Of a stretch of DNA of 64,000 nt, positions 58,901 through 64,000 are shown one piece after another (position 1 is the stretch's first letter; every line of letters starts with the position of its first letter). The notes under the pieces are model-generated. The model was not told where the DNA came from and did no database searches. It worked only from the letters and a program-made list of their open reading frames with translations. A program made the position numbers and the translations under genes. The stretch comes from the human T2T-CHM13v2.0 reference genome, Homo sapiens, in assembly GCF_009914755.1 (NCBI RefSeq), contig NC_060925.1. One strand, 5' to 3'.

Positions 58901-61900
58901 AATGGAATCATCGAATAAAATTGATTGAAATCATCATCCAATGGAATCGAATGGTATCATTGAATGGAATCGAATGGAATCATCATCAGATGGAAATGAA
59001 TGGAATCGTCATAGAATGGAATCGAATGGATTCATTGAATGGAATCAGATGGAATCATCGAATGGACTGGAATGGAATCATTGAATGGACTCGAAAGGGA
59101 TCATGATTGAATGGAATTGAATGGAATCATCGAATGGTCTCGATTGGAATCATTATCAAATGGAATCGAATGGAATCACCGAATAGAATCGAATGGAACA
59201 ATCATCGAATGGACTCAAATGGAATTATCCTCAAATGGAATGGAATGGAATTATCGAATGCAATCGAATGGAATTATCGAATGCAATCGTATAGAATCAT
59301 CGAATGGACTCGAATGGAATCATCGAATGGAATGGAATGGAACAGTCAATGAACTCGAATGGAATCATCATTGAATGGAATCGAATGGAATCATCGAGTG
59401 GAATCGAATGGAATTATGATCAAATGGAATCGAATGTAATCATCATCAAATGGAATCAAAAATAACCATCATCAATTGGTATTGAATGGAATTGTCATCA
59501 AATGGAATTCAAAGGAATCATCATCAAATGGAACCGAATGGAATCCTCATTGAATGGAAATGAAAGGGGTCATCATCTAATGGAATCGCATGGAATCATC
59601 ATCAAATGGAATCGAATGGAATCATCATCAAATGGAATCTAATGGAATCATTGAACAGAATTGAATGGAATCGTCATCGAATGAATTGAATGCAATCATC
59701 GAATGGTCTCGAATGTAATCATCTTCTAATGGAAAGGCATGGAATCATCGCATAGAATCGAATGGAATTATCATCGAATGGAATCGAATGGTATCAACAC
59801 CAAACGGAAAAAAACGGAATTATCGAATGGAATCGAAGAGAATCTTCGAACGGACCCGAATGGAATCATCTAATGGAATGGAATGGAATAATCCATGGAC
59901 TCGAATGCAATCATCATCGAATGGAATGGAATGGAATCATCGAATGGACTCGAATGGAATAATCATTGAACGGAATCGAATGGAATCATCATCGGATGGA
60001 AATGAATGGAATCATCATCGAATGGAAATGAAAGGAGTCATCATCTAATGGAATTGCATGGAATCATCATAAAATGGAATCGAATGGAATCAACATCAAA
60101 TGGAATCAAATGGAATCATTGAACGGAATTGAATGGAATCGTCATCGAATGAATTGACTGCAATCATCGAATGGTCTCGAATGGAATCATCTTCAAATGG
60201 AATGGAATGGAATCATCGCATAGAATCGAATGGAATTATCATCGAATGGAATCGAATGGAATCAACATCAAACGGAAAAAAAACGGAATTATCGAAAGGA
60301 ATCGAAGAGAATCATCGAATGGACCCGAATGGAATCATCTAATGGAATGGAATGGAATAATCCATGGACTCGAATGCAATCATCATCGAATGGAATCGAA
60401 TGGAATCATCGAATGGACTCGAATGGAATAATCATTGAACGGAATCGAATGGAATCATCATCGGATGGAAATGAATGGAATCATCATCGAATGGAATCGA
60501 ATAGAATTATGGAATGAAATCCAGTGTGATCATCATCGAATGGACCCGAATGGAATCATCATCCAACGGAAGCTAATGGAATCAACATCGAATGAATCGA
60601 ATGGAAACACCATCGAATTGAAACGAATGGAATTATCATGAAATTGAAATGGATGGACTCATCATCGAATGGATTCGAATGGAATCATCGAATAAAATTG
60701 ATTGAAATCATCATCCAATGGAATCGAATGGTATCATTGAATGGAATCGAATGGAATCATCATCAGATGGAAATGAATGGAATCGTCATAGAATGGAATC
60801 GAATGGATTCATTGAATGGAATCAGATGTAATCATCGAATGGACTGGAATGGAATCATTGAATGGACTCAAAAGGGATCATGATTGAATGGAATTGAATG
60901 GAATCATCGAATGGTCTCGATTGGAATCATTATCAAATGGAATCGAATGGAATCACCGAATAGAATCGAATGGAACAATCATCGAATGGACTCAAATGGA
61001 ATTATCCTCAAATGGAATCGAATGGAATTATCGAATGCAATCGAATGGAATTATCGAATGCAATCGAATAGAATCATCGAATGGACTCGAATGGAATCAT
61101 CGAATGGAATGGAATGGAACAGTCAATGAACTCGAATGGAATCATCATTGAATGGAATCGAATGGAATCATCGAGTGGAATCGAATGGAATTATGATCAA
61201 ATGGAATCGAATGTAATCATCATCAAATGGAATCAAAAATAACCATCATCAATTGGTATTGAATGGAATTGTCATCAAATGGAATTCAAAGGAATCATCA
61301 TCAAATGGAACCGAATGGAATCCTCATTGAATGGAAATGAAAGGGGTCATCATCTAATGGAATCGCATGGAATCATCATCAAATGGAATCGAATGGAATC
61401 ATCATCAAATGGAATCTAATGGAATCATTGAACAGAATTGAATGGAATCGTCATCGAATGAATTGAATGCAATCATCGAATGGTCTCGAATGGAATCATC
61501 TTCTAATGGAAAGGAATGGAATCATCGCATAGAATCGAATGGAATTATCATCGAATGGAATCGAATGGTATCAACACCAAACGGAAAAAAACGGAATTAT
61601 CGAATGGAATCGAAGAGAATCTTCGAACGGACCCGAATGGAATCATCTAATGGAATGGAATGGAATAATCCATGGACTCGAATGCAATCATCATCGAATG
61701 GAATGGAATGGAATCATCGAATGGACTCGAATGGAATAATCATTGAACGGAATCGAATGGAATCATCATCGGATGGAAACGAATGGAATCATCATCGAAT
61801 GGAAATGAAAGGAGTCATCATCTAATGGAATTGCATGGAATCATCATAAAATGGAATCGAATGGAATCAACATCAAATGGAATCAAATGGAATCATTGAA

Positions 61901-64000
61901 CGGAATTGAATGGAATCGTCATCGAATGAATTGACTGCAATCATCGAATGGTCTCGAATGGAATCATCTTCAAATGGAATGGAATGGAATCATCGCATAG
62001 AATCGAATGGAATTATCATCGAATGGAATCGAATGGAATCAACATCAAACGGAAAAAAAACGGAATTATCGAATGGAATCGAAGAGAATCATCGAATGGA
62101 CCCGAATGGAATCATCTAATGGAATGGAATGGAATAATCCATGGACTCGAATGCAATCATCATCGAATGGAATCGAATGGAATCATCGAATGGACTCGAA
62201 TGGAATAATCATTGAACGGAATCGAATGGAATCATCATCGGATGGAAATGAATGGAATCATCATCGAATGGAATCGAATAGAATTATGGAATGAAATCCA
62301 GTGTGATCATCATCGAATGGACCCGAATGGAATCATCATCCAACGGAAGCTAATGGAATCAACATCGAATGAATCGAATGGAAACACCATCGAATTGAAA
62401 CGAATGGAATTATCATGAAATTGAAATGGATGGACTCATCATCGAATGGATTCGAATGGAATCATCGAATAAAATTGATTGAAATCATCATCCAATGGAA
62501 TCGAATGGTATCATTGAATGGAATCGAATGGAATCATCATCAGATGGAAATGAATGGAATCGTCATAGAATGGAATCGAATGGATTCATTGAATGGAATC
62601 AGATGGAATCATCGAATGGACTGGAATGGAATCATTGAATGGACTCAAAAGGGATCATGATTGAATGGAATTGAATGGAATCATCGAATGGTCTCGATTG
62701 GAATCATTATCAAATGGAATCGAATGGAATCACCGAATAGAATCGAATGGAACAATCATCGAATGGACTCAAATGGAATTATCCTCAAATGGAATCGAAT
62801 GGAATTATCGAATGCAATCGAATGGAATTATCGAATGCAATCGAATAGAATCATCGAATGGACTCGAATGGAATCATCGAATGGAATGGAATGGAACAGT
62901 CAATGAACTCGAATGGAATCATCATTGAATGGAATCGAATGGAATCATCGAGTGGAATCGAATGGAATTATGATCAAATGGAATCGAATGTAATCATCAT
63001 CAAATGGAATCAAAAATAACCATCATGAATTGGTATTGAATGGAATTGTCATCAAATGGAATTCAAAGGAATCATCATCAAATGGAACCGAATGGAATCC
63101 TCATTGAATGGAAATGAAAGGGGTCATCATCTAATGGAATCGCATGGAATCATCATCAAATGGAATCGAATGGAATCATCATCAAATGGAATCTAATGGA
63201 ATCATTGAACAGAATTGAATGGAATCGTCATCGAATGAATTGAATGCAATCATCGAATGGTCTCGAATGGAATCATCTTCTAATGGAAAGGAATGGAATC
63301 ATCGCATAGAATCGAATGGAATTATCATCGAATGGAATCGAATGGTATCAACACCAAACGGAAAAAAACGGAATTATCGAATGGAATCGAAGAGAATCTT
63401 CGAACGGACCCGAATGGAATCATCTAATGGAATGGAATGGAATAATCCATGGACTCGAATGCAATCATCATCGAATGGAATGGAATGGAATCATCGAATG
63501 GACTCGAATGGAATAATCATTGAACGGAATCGAATGGAATCATCATCGGATGGAAACGAATGGAATCATCATCGAATGGAAATGAAAGGAGTCATCATCT
63601 AATGGAATTGCATGGAATCATCATAAAATGGAATCGAATGGAATCAACATCAAATGGAATCAAATGGAATCATTGAACGGAATTGAATGGAATCGTCATC
63701 GAATGAATTGACTGCAATCATCGAATGGTCTCGAATGGAATCATCTTCAAATGGAATGGAATGGAATCATCGCATAGAATCGAATGGAATTATCATCGAA
63801 TGGAATCGAATGGAATCAACATCAAACGGAAAAAAAACGGAATTATCGAATGGAATCGAAGAGAATCATCGAATGGACCCGAATGGAATCATCTAATGGA
63901 ATGGAATGGAATAATCCATGGACTCGAATGCAATCATCATCGAATGGAATCGAATGGAATCATCGAATGGACTCGAATGGAATAATCATTGAACGGAATC
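49976..64000 (+). repeat. Homogeneous block of canonical 1,776/1,777-bp units
   Basis: Spacings are 1776, 1776, 1776, 1781, 1776, 1777, 1777 with no module gain or loss. Confidence 0.9.
50780..52555 (+). repeat. Example canonical 1,776-bp unit: module A (50780-51247), module B up to the core landmark (51248-51751), core and linker (51752-52555)
   Basis: Landmark ATGGAATCGTCATCGAATGAATTG at 50780, 51248 and 52556; ATGAAATTGAAATGG at 51752; 468+504+804=1776. Module A carries TTCTAATGGAAAGG, GGTATCAACACC and AATCTTCGAACGG; module B carries TTCAAATGGAATGG, GGAATCAACATC and AATCATCGAATGG. Confidence 0.93.

Larger units (their letters stand above)
1..64000 (+). repeat. Human satellite II (HSat2/HSATII) tandem array, 1.77-kb (D1Z1/HSat2A2-like) type; runs off both window ends
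   Basis: Continuous GAATGGAATC / GAATGGAATCATC / GAATGGAATCATCATC words, the reverse complement of the HSat2 CATTCGATTC signature. TCGA and GANTC sites are dense and pure (GGAAT)n runs are only about 3 copies long, which fits HSat2 rather than HSat3. Modal period is 1,776 bp with one GAATTC per unit (e.g. 1634, 23188). The chr1 assignment is inferred from the period. Confidence 0.97.

Noticed and set aside
17-63985. Numerous 60-170 aa ORFs (MESSSNELNAIIEWSR..., MKLKWMDSSS..., MELSSNGIEW...)
   Set aside because: They are translations of GAATG/GAATC words in all three + frames at once, recur with the satellite period, and are freely broken by stops and frameshifts between copies. I used them only as coordinate landmarks.
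1-64000. CRISPR-like or other repeat-spacer system
   Set aside because: There are no unique spacers; the sequence between recurring motifs is itself satellite and repeats in each unit, and there are no cas-like ORFs.
1-64000. HSat3 (e.g. DYZ1 or chr9) or alpha satellite
   Set aside because: GGAAT runs are short and ATCATCGAATGGAATCGAATGG dominates, which is HSat2-diagnostic; there is no 171-bp period.
1-64000. Absence of minus-strand ORFs as a sign of coding-strand selection
   Set aside because: It follows from composition: ATCATCA on + reads TGATGAT on -, scattering stop codons across frames.

Overview
The whole 64-kb window is one uninterrupted array of human satellite II (HSat2/HSATII), built from GAATG-GAATC(ATC)0-2 words, with the GGAAT strand on + throughout. 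I saw no genes, RNA genes, mobile elements, CRISPR arrays or unique sequence; every ORF in the track is an artefact of translating the satellite. The basic unit is 1,776 bp with one EcoRI site, matching the classical 1.77-kb chromosome 1q12 satellite (pUC1.77/D1Z1, HSat2A2 type); the chromosome assignment is inferred, not checked. Each unit is a 468-bp module A, a related module B and a single-copy core. The 33 copies of the core landmark ATGAAATTGAAA are spaced 2207, 2195, 2823, 1776, 2207, 2195, 2823, 1776, 1776, 1776, 2835, 2368, 2091, 1776, 1746, 1776, 1776, 1308, 2391, 1776, 1308, 1923, 1766, 1285, 1307, 1776, 1776, 1776, 1781, 1776, 1777, 1777 bp apart. All non-canonical spacings can be accounted for by module gain or loss plus defined indels. 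I found no new biological system. The interest lies in the array's internal history: nested tandem duplications of 9,001, about 3,500, 5,475 and 1,776/1,777 bp, a divergent 615-bp module in five copies, in-register deletions, and a shift from a heterogeneous to a homogeneous zone. All comparisons were made by eye and with ORF coordinates, so difference counts are minima.
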